A DNA stretch of 50,365 bases from Candidatus Thorarchaeota archaeon. Lineage in GTDB: Archaea; Asgardarchaeota; Thorarchaeia; Thorarchaeales; Thorarchaeaceae. The notes under the pieces are model-generated. The model had not been told where the DNA came from. It did no database searches and saw only the letters and a program-made list of their open reading frames with translations. The stretch covers positions 1-50,365 of the forward strand of contig RDNZ01000011.1 in the NCBI GenBank assembly GCA_011364905.1, read 5' to 3'. Below, piece after piece: positions 18,171-29,200 of this stretch (positions within the stretch are counted from its first letter, which is position 1; every line of letters begins with the position of its first letter). A program made the translations under genes and the position numbers.

Positions 18171-18818
18171 TTAGAAGTCCTTCATCATTTCCCAGATGTC
18201 TTGTTCATCCTCAACAACATCCTCGGGAAGCTCAATTGGTTCACCTGCTTGTTTTGCAGTCAGGTATATCTTGCACGCTCGTTCGAATAGAATCGAAAGG
18301 AAGAGTGCATCCTTTAGGGTCTTTGCAACACATACTGATCCATGATTTGCGATTAATGCTGCACTTCTATCCTGTAGGACCTTGACTACATTAATTCCGA
18401 GTTGTTTTGTGCCTGGCATAGCATATTTGCTAACTCTGATACCTGCTCCCAATTTAGACACAATCTCATCGAGTATTGGAGGTAAAGGCTTATGCAGTGC
18501 AGCCATAGATGAAGCATACACACTGTGTGTATGGACAACAGCAAGAGCGTCTTCACGGTTTTTGTATATCTCAAGATGCATCGGAGTCTCAACACTAGGA
18601 TTCCTTGTTCCCTCTATCTCATTTCCATCGAGGTCAATAACAACAACATCTTCGATTGTCATCTCTGTATAGTGAACAGAGCTCGGAGAGATGACAACAT
18701 GTTCTCCCATTCTCATGCTTGCATTTCCTGATGATCCAATGACTAGGTCATGTTTAACCATCTCCAGACAGATGTCAAGGAGTTCCTGTTTCTCTTTCTC
18801 GTACACTTCAATCACCAT
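18171..18818 (-). CDS. Class II aldolase (FucA-like)
   Basis: GNAS, PSVETPMH, HTHS and NHG zinc/catalytic motifs. Start trimmed to about 18818. Confidence 0.9.
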   Translation of the reverse strand: MVIEVYEKEKQELLDICLEMVKHDLVIGSSGNASMRMGEHVVISPSSVHYTEMTIEDVVVIDLDGNEIEGTRNPSVETPMHLEIYKNREDALAVVHTHSVYASSMAALHKPLPPILDEIVSKLGAGIRVSKYAMPGTKQLGINVVKVLQDRSAALIANHGSVCVAKTLKDALFLSILFERACKIYLTAKQAGEPIELPEDVVEDEQDIWEMMKDF

Positions 18819-20307
18819 CGGACTGTAATCCGCACCATTTTGAGTAGTATCGGTCGTATGATTCTGCTCTTGCATCAGGGCGATAGGTGGGTCTCCAGCG
18901 GACCATCGCTTTTGAAGCTTCATCAAGTGATGAGTAGATACCTGCACCGGTAGCTGCACAGATTGCTGCGCCTAAGAGACTCCCTTCAGTTTGAGTTGGC
19001 ACATTAATGGGTTGTTTTAAGACATTTGCCAGTAGTTGTGGCCATGTTTCAGACTTGGTCATCCCACCAACTGTTTTCACACCGACTGACTGGTAATATT
19101 CTCGGAGTTGGTCAAAGTTCCCTCGAACTGCAAAAGCGACATTCTCAAGTACTGCATGTATCATGCTTGCTGAGTTTAAGGGAGTCACTTGAGGAAGAGC
19201 AGGTTGAGGAAAGACCATCTTTGCCTTTTTCACCTCAGTCATCTGTTGACAATCCATAACATTTGGACCAAGAGCCACAAGAGTTTCATCACTTCCAGGT
19301 GGGATTCCTTTCACAAGCTCATCAAGACGCTCAAAGGTCATCTGCATACATTCTATTGGATTTTCAGAACGTTCACAAAGGAGGCTTACAGCCCATTCTA
19401 GGATTGCTCCAGTCAATGTGGCATTGCTTTCCAGAGTCCACTGACCTTTCTTCAGATGTGTCCCAGTCCAGATTCTCTGATTTGGAACAGTTAGATGATG
19501 ATCAAGGATTATGATTACAGGAGTAGTACTACCTGCTATGATGGTGATTTCTCCTATCTTGGACTCGCTTGCAAGAAGAGCGCAGTGCGTGTCTGCACCG
19601 GCTTGGACAATTGGGAGACCCTTCGGAAGGCCACATTCTTTCACGGCTTTGGAAGACACTTCACCAACAACCATTCCAGCCTCTCGAATGGGGGGCAAGA
19701 TACTCATATCTATTTCAAGAGCTGAAGTTACTTTTTCGCTCCATGAATTAGTTCTTACATCAAGAAAACCAGTGGCACTCGCTGATGAGGTGTCTGTAGT
19801 ATAAACTCCTGAGAGCTTGAATTTTATCCAATCACATATCGGAAGCAGATGTGCAATCTTTTCATAAGTCTCAGGCACTTCTTCTTCGAACCAACTAAGT
19901 CGGGATGGAGCGAACATCATTGGAGGCCAACAACCCGTGATCTCATGATAAGTCGCACCTAGAGTTTCATCAATTAGATATTGTGTCAAGGCTCCGCGTG
20001 CATCGATGTTTGGGCCGCCGTGAAGCTCATTGCCCTTTGAGTCAAGTAGTACTATGCCATGCCTTTGGCTGGTTGTAGCTACAGCGCCAATATCAGTCGG
20101 CTGAACTCCAGACTTTTTGATGGCCTGTTTGGTAACAGAACAGACAAGTTTCCAGAATCTGGCAGGGTCGAATTCTTTTGCGATTTCCAGGCTGGTAGGT
20201 GTGATATAGTCCCAATTTGTTTTTGAGATGCCAAGCGTTTCTCCTTTTTCACCAACAATCATACACCTGACACCTGTCGTGCCTGCGTCAATCGCGGCTA
20301 TTACCAT
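18808..20307 (-). CDS. FGGY family carbohydrate kinase (LsrK/xylulokinase-like)
   Basis: AIDAGTTGVR, TSQRHG, DARG, GADTHCA, VGGMTKS, LGAA. Confidence 0.9.
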   Translation of the reverse strand: MVIAAIDAGTTGVRCMIVGEKGETLGISKTNWDYITPTSLEIAKEFDPARFWKLVCSVTKQAIKKSGVQPTDIGAVATTSQRHGIVLLDSKGNELHGGPNIDARGALTQYLIDETLGATYHEITGCWPPMMFAPSRLSWFEEEVPETYEKIAHLLPICDWIKFKLSGVYTTDTSSASATGFLDVRTNSWSEKVTSALEIDMSILPPIREAGMVVGEVSSKAVKECGLPKGLPIVQAGADTHCALLASESKIGEITIIAGSTTPVIIILDHHLTVPNQRIWTGTHLKKGQWTLESNATLTGAILEWAVSLLCERSENPIECMQMTFERLDELVKGIPPGSDETLVALGPNVMDCQQMTEVKKAKMVFPQPALPQVTPLNSASMIHAVLENVAFAVRGNFDQLREYYQSVGVKTVGGMTKSETWPQLLANVLKQPINVPTQTEGSLLGAAICAATGAGIYSSLDEASKAMVRWRPTYRPDARAESYDRYYSKWCGLQSDGD

Positions 20308-20316
20308 ATCAAATCC

Positions 20317-21315
20317 CTACTCGTAGACCTCTGGATTCAGTATGTTCGGCGGTTTTTCACCTTTAAGGAAAGCTATGATACTAGCTACGATGCTTTCCGA
20401 CTGTCTCTGGATTGTTTCAACCGTATTTCCGCCCATATGGGGCATAACGGTTACATTGTCCATCTCAAGAAACTCATTATCACAATCAACTGGTTCCATT
20501 GAAAATACATCTAAGGCAGCACCCGCTATTGAGCCCTTTCGTAATGCATCTTTTAGTGCATGCTCATCTGTTATTGAAGCTCTAGCAGTGTTAATCAGGA
20601 CAGCAGTCTTCTTCATCATGTCGAATTCCTTAGCACCAAGCATCCCTCGAGTTTCTTCAGTGGGTTTACAGTGTATAGTGACAATGTCCGAGGTTCTTAG
20701 TAATTCATCAAGACTAACGATCTTTCCGCTGACTTCCTCAACCTTTTTTGGATCGACGTAGGGGTCGAAAACAAGAATCCCAGCTCCAAATGATTGAAGC
20801 CGTTTCGCCACCTCGAATCCTATACGACCCAGTCCTATGATTCCCACAGTTCGATTATGAAGCTCGAATCCCATGAGTGTAGTGTACATCTTGGCAAAAT
20901 CTGCAAAGTCATCCACAAAGAAGTCATTCTTGAGAAATCGCTCTGCAGCTACAATGTGTCGTGCCTGGGCGAGCATCAGCGCAATTGTGTGTTCGACTAC
21001 TGCAATAGTGTTCCTGCCAAGTACTGCGATGACAGGGATTCCCTTTGCAGTCGCGGCTTGCAGTGAGATATTGTTGGGCGAGCCTCGTACGGATCCTAGC
21101 AGCTTTAGCTGGGTCTGTTCGATAATCTCCTCTTTTAACTCATCACCCTCCACAATGACGATGTCATACTTCCCATCTTTTATTGTTTGAAGGAGAGAAT
21201 CACCCATATGCAGCTTGCCCGTTTCAAGCCAGCTTCTGTGATCAACCTCAAGACCTGCATTCCGTAGTTCCTTCAGACCAGCCTCAGTAAAAGGAGCTGT
21301 GATGAGAACCCGCAA
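20317..21315 (-). CDS. D-isomer-specific 2-hydroxyacid dehydrogenase
   Basis: GIIGLGRIG, INTARA, LDVF..EP, PHMGG. Confidence 0.9.
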   Translation of the reverse strand: MRVLITAPFTEAGLKELRNAGLEVDHRSWLETGKLHMGDSLLQTIKDGKYDIVIVEGDELKEEIIEQTQLKLLGSVRGSPNNISLQAATAKGIPVIAVLGRNTIAVVEHTIALMLAQARHIVAAERFLKNDFFVDDFADFAKMYTTLMGFELHNRTVGIIGLGRIGFEVAKRLQSFGAGILVFDPYVDPKKVEEVSGKIVSLDELLRTSDIVTIHCKPTEETRGMLGAKEFDMMKKTAVLINTARASITDEHALKDALRKGSIAGAALDVFSMEPVDCDNEFLEMDNVTVMPHMGGNTVETIQRQSESIVASIIAFLKGEKPPNILNPEVYE

Positions 21316-21481
21316 CTAGTAAAGAACCTCCATTTCCAGAGGGATTGACTATTATTTTGTCCCTTTATAGATTCAGCGAATTATTAGGAAACAGACTAGT
21401 TTGTGGCGCAAACCGCGATGTAGTTCAAAGATTGTCCACTCCTTATATTCATTCTACACATGATAATACTCGTGATTTACA

Positions 21482-22228
21482 ATGTCTGAATCTGCAATAA
21501 CGATAACAAATCTGACAAAACGGTTCAATGGCATAACAGCTGTCGACAATCTCAGTCTTGAGATTGGATGGGGAGAGCTGTTTGGTATCCTTGGACCCAA
21601 TGGTGCAGGTAAGAGCACGACAGTCAATATTCTCAATACGCTCTTGGAACCTACTGAAGGCTCCGCGACGCTCGATGGTCATGATGTGGTCTTCGATCCA
21701 GAGCATGTTCGAAAAGTGATTGGTGTCTGTCCTCAGGAACCTGCATTCTATCCGCATCTAACAGGTAGAGAGAATATCACGCTCATGGGGGATATGCATC
21801 TCGTTCCCAAAGATGTTCTCGAGAGCAGGGTCAGTTCCATGGTTGAGAGAATTGGTATGGAAACTGATATCGATAGACTAGCAAAGGAATACAGCGGTGG
21901 AATGATTCGTAGGGTCAGTATGCTAATGGCGTTAGTCAATGACCCAAAAATTGCTCTATTAGATGAGCCTACTGTCGCAATGGATCCTAAATCTCGAAGG
22001 GCAGTCTGGGACTATATTAGAGAGCTGAGGATGCAGGGTAAAGCCATCATTCTAACAACACACTACATGGAGGAGGCTCAGGAGCTATGTGACAGAGTTG
22101 CCATCATTGACGAGGGCAAACTGATTGCACTTGGATCTCCAACAGATTTGATGGAAACACATCAATCTAAGAACCTGGAAGAAGTCTTCCTGAAACTAAC
22201 AGGTAAGAAACTGAGGGAGGAGACATAG
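21482..22228 (+). CDS. ABC-2 type exporter ATPase
   Basis: GPNGAGKS, YSGGM, LDEPT, TTHYMEEA. Confidence 0.93.
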   Translation: MSESAITITNLTKRFNGITAVDNLSLEIGWGELFGILGPNGAGKSTTVNILNTLLEPTEGSATLDGHDVVFDPEHVRKVIGVCPQEPAFYPHLTGRENITLMGDMHLVPKDVLESRVSSMVERIGMETDIDRLAKEYSGGMIRRVSMLMALVNDPKIALLDEPTVAMDPKSRRAVWDYIRELRMQGKAIILTTHYMEEAQELCDRVAIIDEGKLIALGSPTDLMETHQSKNLEEVFLKLTGKKLREET

Positions 22229-22230
22229 AG

Positions 22231-23391
22231 ATGAATCCAAGAAGAATAATATCTTTAGTGAAGAAGGACCTGAAGAAAACACACAGAGAGCCAGCTGTTC
22301 TGTTTCTTCTGATAATATTTCCCATAGTATTGACCATCGTCTTTGGTTTTGCCTTTGGTGGAATTGGAGATGGAGGAACTACAAGTTTTGACGTAGGGCT
22401 CCTTAATCTGGATGCAACGAGTCCGCAAGCTGATTGGAGTATGGCCTTTGTTAACAATCTCACGGACTCCGAGGTCTTTGTAGTTTATGCATATGACGAT
22501 AATGCAACTGGTCAGTCTGCCCTTCTACAAGGTAACCTCGATGCATTCATTGTCATTCCTGAAGGGTTTGGAGATAGTATAGCATCATACTATGGATCTC
22601 CTATTGATCCTAGTTCTTGGACAAATACTACCATCGGACTCTACGTTGATAGTGGGTCAATGATGGCAGTATCAGCGGTTCCTCCTCTTGTACAGCAAGT
22701 TCTGATGAAAACAGTGTTTGGGAGTGATGCAATGACTTTGAATCTACCAATCGAGATTTCAAGTCCTGCATTGGTTAAATCAAGTACGTTCTCTCAATGG
22801 GACTTCATGGCGCCTGGCATATTTGCGTTTGCATCAATTTTCCTGACAATGATTGTGGCTCAATCTATGACATATGAACGAGATGAAGGTCTCTTGAAGA
22901 GACTGCGAACCACGCCGGTCTCATCAGCAGAATACATGGTCAGTCAGACTCTGACTTACATGATCATAGCATCTGTTCAAGTAGCACTTGTATTAGCCTC
23001 ATCATTCGCTATAGGATATAGACCCGCAACTGGACCAGCAGGAATTGCGTTCACTTTTGTGATTGCATTAGCATTCTCCTTGGTCGCAGTCGGTTTCGGA
23101 CTGATTGCAGCATCCATATCGAAGTCTGCAGAAGTTTCAACAGGAGTAAGCTTCGCATTCATCATGCCTCAGATGTTCTTTGGAACATTCATGCCATTGG
23201 GAGGCGCAACCGAGGTTATTGCAAAGTTTATGCCCAGCAAGTACCTCACCGATACAGTGACTACACTATTCCTCAGAGGTGCACCGATAACAACTCCTGT
23301 CATCTGGACTAATTTAGCGATTGTGTCAATTCTTGGTGTTCTACTTGTTGCTGTAGGAATCGTTCTGTTCGAGAAGTTCGGTTCTCGCTAG
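22231..23391 (+). CDS. ABC-2 type exporter permease
   Basis: N-terminal TM, extracellular loop, ERDEGLLKRLRTTP, five C-terminal TMs. Confidence 0.9.
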   Translation: MNPRRIISLVKKDLKKTHREPAVLFLLIIFPIVLTIVFGFAFGGIGDGGTTSFDVGLLNLDATSPQADWSMAFVNNLTDSEVFVVYAYDDNATGQSALLQGNLDAFIVIPEGFGDSIASYYGSPIDPSSWTNTTIGLYVDSGSMMAVSAVPPLVQQVLMKTVFGSDAMTLNLPIEISSPALVKSSTFSQWDFMAPGIFAFASIFLTMIVAQSMTYERDEGLLKRLRTTPVSSAEYMVSQTLTYMIIASVQVALVLASSFAIGYRPATGPAGIAFTFVIALAFSLVAVGFGLIAASISKSAEVSTGVSFAFIMPQMFFGTFMPLGGATEVIAKFMPSKYLTDTVTTLFLRGAPITTPVIWTNLAIVSILGVLLVAVGIVLFEKFGSR

Positions 23392-23421
23392 GAGTCCCAC
23401 TAGGGACTCCAATCCTTTTTT
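23391..23421 (+). terminator. Hairpin plus T-tract terminator
   Basis: ggagtccc-acta-gggactcc, then aatcc-tttttt, directly after the stop codon. Confidence 0.7.
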
Positions 23422-23482
23422 CTAGTAGAGTTATTATGGGGGTTTTGGAAGTGAATTTGTTATTCAATACTGAGGTGATTGT

Positions 23483-24160
23483 TTGAACCAAGAGAATGCT
23501 TCTTCAGATGAAGATATGGTCGAGAAAGCAAAGCAGCTACTTCTGCTAACTGACCTCGTTGATAAATATCCAAAGGTAGTGGCACGTAGGGTTTCTGGAT
23601 TGGTCTACCTCATCATTGCCGGAGGAATATCTTTTGCCACGCTAATCTACATGTCTATGCTAAAGTTTCTTGGACCTATTGACCCAGTACTGGTAAATCT
23701 CGTTTTTGTTGGAATTAGCCTATTCTTCTCATGGTTGGTGGCTTTTCGACTAGTATTACCACTAACTCAATCATATCCAAAGGAGCCAGAACCAAAAGAG
23801 GGACAAAGAGCTCCCTTCGTAGTTTGGGGGGTTCTTGCAGTTGCTATCGTGACTGTGGCACTGATAACATTCTCAACTAACAATGGCCTCTTTTTCATAC
23901 CTATTTTACAAATTATCATGGGCACTGGTTTTCTTAGCAACTATATTCTTGGGAGAAGAAGTGTAGAGGCAGATATCTTCACACGAGAACATCTTTACTT
24001 TTCATTAGCAGTTTTTTTCAGCATTATACCGATGTTTCTAATTCTAGAACTTGCCTATGTCTTACTGATAGTCGTTGATATGGGAGGAATCTATGTGATG
24101 GGGATCTATATGCTCATCACATCCGAACGACTTCTTCTAGAGAGTAAAGGGCAGGGATAA
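23483..24160 (+). CDS. Hypothetical membrane protein (about 6 TM)
   Basis: Hydrophobic 225 aa ORF, 2 nt upstream of a wHTH gene. Confidence 0.75.
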   Translation: MNQENASSDEDMVEKAKQLLLLTDLVDKYPKVVARRVSGLVYLIIAGGISFATLIYMSMLKFLGPIDPVLVNLVFVGISLFFSWLVAFRLVLPLTQSYPKEPEPKEGQRAPFVVWGVLAVAIVTVALITFSTNNGLFFIPILQIIMGTGFLSNYILGRRSVEADIFTREHLYFSLAVFFSIIPMFLILELAYVLLIVVDMGGIYVMGIYMLITSERLLLESKGQG

Positions 24161-24162
24161 AG

Positions 24163-24513
24163 TTGAGTATAGATGGGGACCTCCTATCTACACTGATAGG
24201 ACTCATGGAAGAAGACCGTGAGACTATGGTCCCTACTAGACTCTCTATTCTGGTCTATCTCTATTTCACACAAAATGCAACATTCCCAGTTCTGCAGAAG
24301 AAGCTTGGTCTCACCTCAGGGAATTTGTCCAGTCATCTCAGAAAACTGGAAGAGTTGGGTCTGATTCGGATTTCAAAACGATTTGTTGACCTCAAACCTA
24401 CAACTTTTGCTGTTCTAACCAAAGAAGGAGCTGAACAGGTAAGAAACCAGATGGCCCGTATGCGTGAAGTAGTTACAATGGTTGTTGAAAAGGGACCAAA
24501 ATCAGAGGAGTAG
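24163..24513 (+). CDS. Winged-helix transcriptional regulator (HTH_34/ArsR-MarR-like)
   Basis: RLSIL...LGLTSGNLSSHLRKLEELGLI...LTKEG. Confidence 0.88.
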   Translation: MSIDGDLLSTLIGLMEEDRETMVPTRLSILVYLYFTQNATFPVLQKKLGLTSGNLSSHLRKLEELGLIRISKRFVDLKPTTFAVLTKEGAEQVRNQMARMREVVTMVVEKGPKSEE

Positions 24514-24834
24514 TTTCTGTAGTTTTAGTAGATCTGGTACTTCACCTTTGGTCTTGAGTTTACCAGCAGAGTATGCCGCCATTGGGCTCTCTGTTTTCTC
24601 AATAATCGAGAAGAATACTGGGGAGTCCATAGTCACTTGAAGCTCGGCATCAGTTTCGCCTTCAGCCACTTCAAGAAGTTCTGCGTCTCCAATCCTCATA
24701 AACATCTTAACATCGATATCAGGAAAGATGAACTGAAGGGTCTTGTTGTACTCTTTGAACCGTCGTTGGATTTTCGGATCCTTGAAGCGTTCTCCGAGCG
24801 ACTGCAGCATTGCCAGAATCGTCTCTTTGGTCAT
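24502..24834 (-). CDS. SCP2 sterol/acyl-binding domain protein
   Basis: SPMAAYSAGKLKTKGEVPDLLKL, typical of the SCP2 C-terminus. Confidence 0.85.
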   Translation of the reverse strand: MTKETILAMLQSLGERFKDPKIQRRFKEYNKTLQFIFPDIDVKMFMRIGDAELLEVAEGETDAELQVTMDSPVFFSIIEKTESPMAAYSAGKLKTKGEVPDLLKLQKLLL

Positions 24835-24945
24835 GTAGGCACCGATTAAAGAATTGTATTGTTCGAGTTATATTTTCTTGTGCTCAACAGTCATATTTAT
24901 TAACTATAGTTTTTGGCGACTTCTAATTTCTGTGAGAGAGAAATA

Positions 24946-26025
24946 ATGACAGTTGAAAGCGATTCTAATCAGACAAGTGAATCCACCTCAAAAGCAGCGT
25001 ACTACGTGTGGGTTGGAGGACTTCTGTTTACAGTGATGTTTACGTTGTTGATATGGATGTTAGGTCCATTCCTTGATCCTGTCCTAGCAACACTTCTTCC
25101 GGACCAAGGGGCTGCTTGGTATTTCTGGAAACTGCCAGCTCGTGAATTCATGACGATGTTTATTGTTTGGAGCTTTTACCTCGCACATCAGTTTTCAATC
25201 TGGGCGGCGATATATTGGGCACAAAAGAATCTGACTCAATATCGCGTCAAGCCAACGACTGGCCTTACAAAGTATAACTGGTCAGCAATCATTATCAATC
25301 TGGTATTCATATTGCTGCACCTTATCCAGACCCATATCTGGTTTGACGGCCTTGCACAGGATGTACCAATCTGGACAAGTCAGGGTTCAGTCATTGTTAT
25401 GCTGGTGATTGTTCTCATCATTGAGAATCCTAGACGGGGGCTCTTTCTAGGCAAGAAGATGGGAAAGCCAATGACAGTCAGTGTGTCTGGGTTTTTCAGA
25501 AGAAATCACCCCTACATCATTGCTTGGGCGATTGTCTACACATTTTGGTTCCACCCCATGGCGTATGACCCGCAATTACTGAGCGGCTTCTTCTACATGT
25601 TTTTGCTCTTCACTCAAATCTCGTTGGCGTACACTGTTGTACATGTGAATAAGGGATGGATAGTGTTACTGGAGAGCTTCGTCGGTATTCATGCATTTAT
25701 TGTGGCTACAACTACAGCCTCTCAAGCAGCGATAGGAATCTGGGTGATGTTTGCGACTGGATTTGCCTTCATGTTTGTCTTCACATACATGTTTATTTTC
25801 AAGGTGAGAAAAGAAATTAAATTGGGAGTAATTGCTGGATACATTTCAGCTTTGGTTTGGATCTACTTGCCAAGCCAATATGGAGGATATGGAAGAGACC
25901 TGAGCTATCTCATGCGGCTGGAGTTTCTTTGGATTCCAATCATCCTCTATCTACTTGCCATAGTTTTCTCTGCAATTGTATTTCTCTACATCAAGCTGAG
26001 GCGGTCTAGAACACAGGAACATTAG
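24946..26025 (+). CDS. Uncharacterised polytopic membrane protein with several intramembrane His residues
   Basis: About 9-10 TM; HQF, HLIQTHIWFDGLAQDV, WFHP. Confidence 0.75.
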   Translation: MTVESDSNQTSESTSKAAYYVWVGGLLFTVMFTLLIWMLGPFLDPVLATLLPDQGAAWYFWKLPAREFMTMFIVWSFYLAHQFSIWAAIYWAQKNLTQYRVKPTTGLTKYNWSAIIINLVFILLHLIQTHIWFDGLAQDVPIWTSQGSVIVMLVIVLIIENPRRGLFLGKKMGKPMTVSVSGFFRRNHPYIIAWAIVYTFWFHPMAYDPQLLSGFFYMFLLFTQISLAYTVVHVNKGWIVLLESFVGIHAFIVATTTASQAAIGIWVMFATGFAFMFVFTYMFIFKVRKEIKLGVIAGYISALVWIYLPSQYGGYGRDLSYLMRLEFLWIPIILYLLAIVFSAIVFLYIKLRRSRTQEH

Positions 26026-26028
26026 GGC

Positions 26029-26053
26029 AGGGGAGTGGGTGTACTATTCCCCT
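26029..26053 (+). terminator. Hairpin after the stop of the 24946-26025 gene
   Basis: aggggagtgg pairs with ctattcccct (G-U pairs allowed). Confidence 0.45.
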
Positions 26054-26098
26054 CAGTCCTTTCAATTAGCCTCATAAAGAGGTCACTGTCAAATTGTG

Positions 26099-26160
26099 TT
26101 AGAACACGTGTTCTAATGAAATTAATTAACGCTGTGAAGCTCATGTCAGAAAGATTATAT
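26099..26160 (+). promoter_or_regulatory. Perfect 18-bp palindrome plus putative BRE/TATA upstream of hdrA
   Basis: ttagaacacgtgttctaa (26099-26116); gaaagattatat (26149-26160). Confidence 0.55.
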
Positions 26161-26210
26161 CGCCCGTCACAATGCTCAATGTATCATAATGGCATCTTGG
26201 AGAATGTTCT

Positions 26211-29200
26211 ATGGTTAGCAAGTCAGCCAAGAAAGCGGAACACAAGACCAAACCAACTGATGTCCTTGTCATAGGAGGCGGTATGGCAGGTATCAATGCC
26301 TCATTAGGACTTGCCAATGGCGGCCACCATGCCCATATGATTGAGAAGTCAGTGAACATTGGTGGAAACTATGTTGCCATTTACAAGATATTCCCGGCGC
26401 TGGAATGCTCAGCCTGTGTTATGACTCCACTCACATCATTTGTTGGTAAACATCCAAACATCACAATCCATCCTCTGTCAACTGTTGAGAAGGTGACTGG
26501 AAAAGCTGGTGATTTCACCGTCACAATTCGAAAGAGGGCTCGCTATGTGAATGAAGAGAAGTGTACAGGCTGTCAGCTTTGTATTCGATCGTGCCCAGTT
26601 GAGGTACCAAACGAATACGATAAGGGACTCTCTCTTCGAAAAGCCATCTACATGAATTTCCCGCAACAGATACCACTTATTGCAACGATTGACAGGGATG
26701 CATGTATTGGTTGTGGGACTTGTGCATCGGTCTGTCCTCAAGACTGCATTATGTACGACGATAAAGACAAAGTGTACGAGCTGAATGTAGGCTCAATAAT
26801 CATGGCCACAGGTTTTCAGGAGTACCGACCTTTAGACTACGGCGAGTATGGATATGGAATATATCCAAATGTTGTAACATCCCTGGAATACGACAGGCAG
26901 AGTCATCCGACTGGACCTACTGACTCGCACATGGTTCGTCCTTCTGATGGCAAGGAACCTGAGAAAATCCTGTTTGTGAATTGTGTTGGGAGCAGAGATG
27001 TGCGAGAGAACATCAGCGGGTATTCAAAACACTGCAATCGGGTGTGTTGTTCATTTGGTCTAAAGCTTGCGCAGGTTACAAGGATGCACTATCCTGAAGA
27101 TCACTGCAAGATTATCTATACCTATATGGACATGAGAACTGCTGGAAAGGCTCTCGAGGAATTCTTGTGGGATTCCCAGAAGAATCGCGGCATTGATTTC
27201 ATTCGTGGACGGGTATCTGAGATTCAAGAGAACCCTGACACCCACGATCTCTTCGTTAAGATGGAGAACACAGATACTGGAGAGATTATCGAGATTGATG
27301 ATATTTCCATGGTGGTGCTCAACGCAAGTTTCAGACCAAGTGAGGGTTCTGCAGAGCTTGCCAAGATTCTCAATATCGATCTTGACGAGGCGGGATGGGT
27401 AAAGGAGAAGCATGCAAATGCAGCAGCTCTTGAAACAAATCGCCCCGGAGTTTTCGTAGCGGGTTGCGCACATGGCCCCAGAGATGGTACGGATAGTGTT
27501 AATGAGGGAAAAGGTGCAGCGATGGCGGCGCACAGCATTCTACCTGTTCCTACCCCTGAGCCTGTGCCCGAGATTCCTCCAGCTGAACTCGGTGACGAAC
27601 CTCGCGTGGGTGTATTCATCTGTCACTGCGGTGGGATCATTGGTAATGAGATAAGCTCACCAGGCCTAGCAGAATGGGCAAAGGATCTACCACATGTCGC
27701 TTATGCAACAGATTACATCTTCATGTGTAGCGATCCAGGCCAGCAGCTCGTCACTGACGCAATAAAGGAGCACAAGCTGAATCGTGTGGTCGTAGGTTCA
27801 TGCTCACCCCTACAACACGAGTCAACATTTAGACATGCTTTGGAAGCTGCAGGTTTATCAGGCTACTATTTGGTCGGACCAGTCGGTCTCAGAGAACATC
27901 TTGCACTGGTCCATGTTAGCGAAGATCCAGAGGTAAGACAAGAGAAAGCGCAGGATATGATTCGTAGCGCGGTCGCAAAAGCTATCAACAATGAAGAGGT
28001 GCCTCTGAAAAAAGTGGAAGTCACCCCTGTATCAATGGTGGTTGGCGGAGGCGTTTCAGGAATGACCGCAGCTCTTGATATTGCACGAAAAGGATTCAAC
28101 GTGGTCCTTGTGGAGAAACAAGATAAGCTTGGAGGCAGACTCAATGAACTCTCACATGTCTTTCCCAAACTGGAGTCAGCACAAGACATTGTAGACGATC
28201 TTATTTCAAGGACAGAGAAGAACAAAAGGATACAAGTGCTTCTGAACTCCAAAGTTGTGGAACGCGATGGGGCCTACGGGAACTACGACATTACCGTAGC
28301 TAACACCGAATCCGGTGAGCGGTCTGTTCATCGAATTGGTTCAATGGTGATAACTGTTGGAAATGATGTCTATGAGCCAAAACAAGGCGAGTATGGTTGG
28401 GGTGAAGTTCCTGGGGTGATATCCACTCTTGAGCTGGAACGAAGGCTACGGAATGGAGAAATCAAGAAACCGCCCAAAAACCCAGTGTTCATTCACTGCG
28501 TTGGCTCACGACAGAATCCCGGAGAGGGAAATCGATACTGTTCAAGAGTATGCTGTTCGGCTGTTATTGCAATGCAGCATCAACTGGTAGAGATGTTCCC
28601 TGAGATTAAGATATTCTCAGCATTCAAAGAACACATCCGTCCATTCCCCAAGGGCATGGAAGAAATGTGGCGAGAGAATAGACAAAACGGCGTGGCTTAC
28701 CTTAGATGGGTTCGTGAACAACCAGTGACCGTCGAGAAGGATCCTGATGGTGACTCCGCCATCGTTACAGTCTATGACACGCTCTTACAACAGACCATCA
28801 AAATCAAGTCTGATATGGTGGTGCTAGCTCTGGGACTTGAGGCACCACATGATGTCAACGAATTTGCAAAAGCGATGGGCATCAATCGTGGTCAAGATGG
28901 GTTCCTCGCAGAGATGCATATGAAGTACAAGCCAGTGGAAACCACAGTGCCGGGTGTCTTCCTAGGTGTGACTTATGCGAAGAGCATAGGAGACTCAATC
29001 AATCAGGCGCGCGCTGCGGCGAGTGAGGCATGTATTCCATTGAATCTTGGCACTGTGGAGATTGAACTTCTTACTGCAGAAGTGAACCAAGATCTATGCG
29101 TAGGGTGTGACCTATGCCATTATTCTGACATTTGTCCATATGATGCTATTTCAATGATGGAAGTGGAGCCAGGTGTGAAGAAGAGTGTCACCGACGAGAT

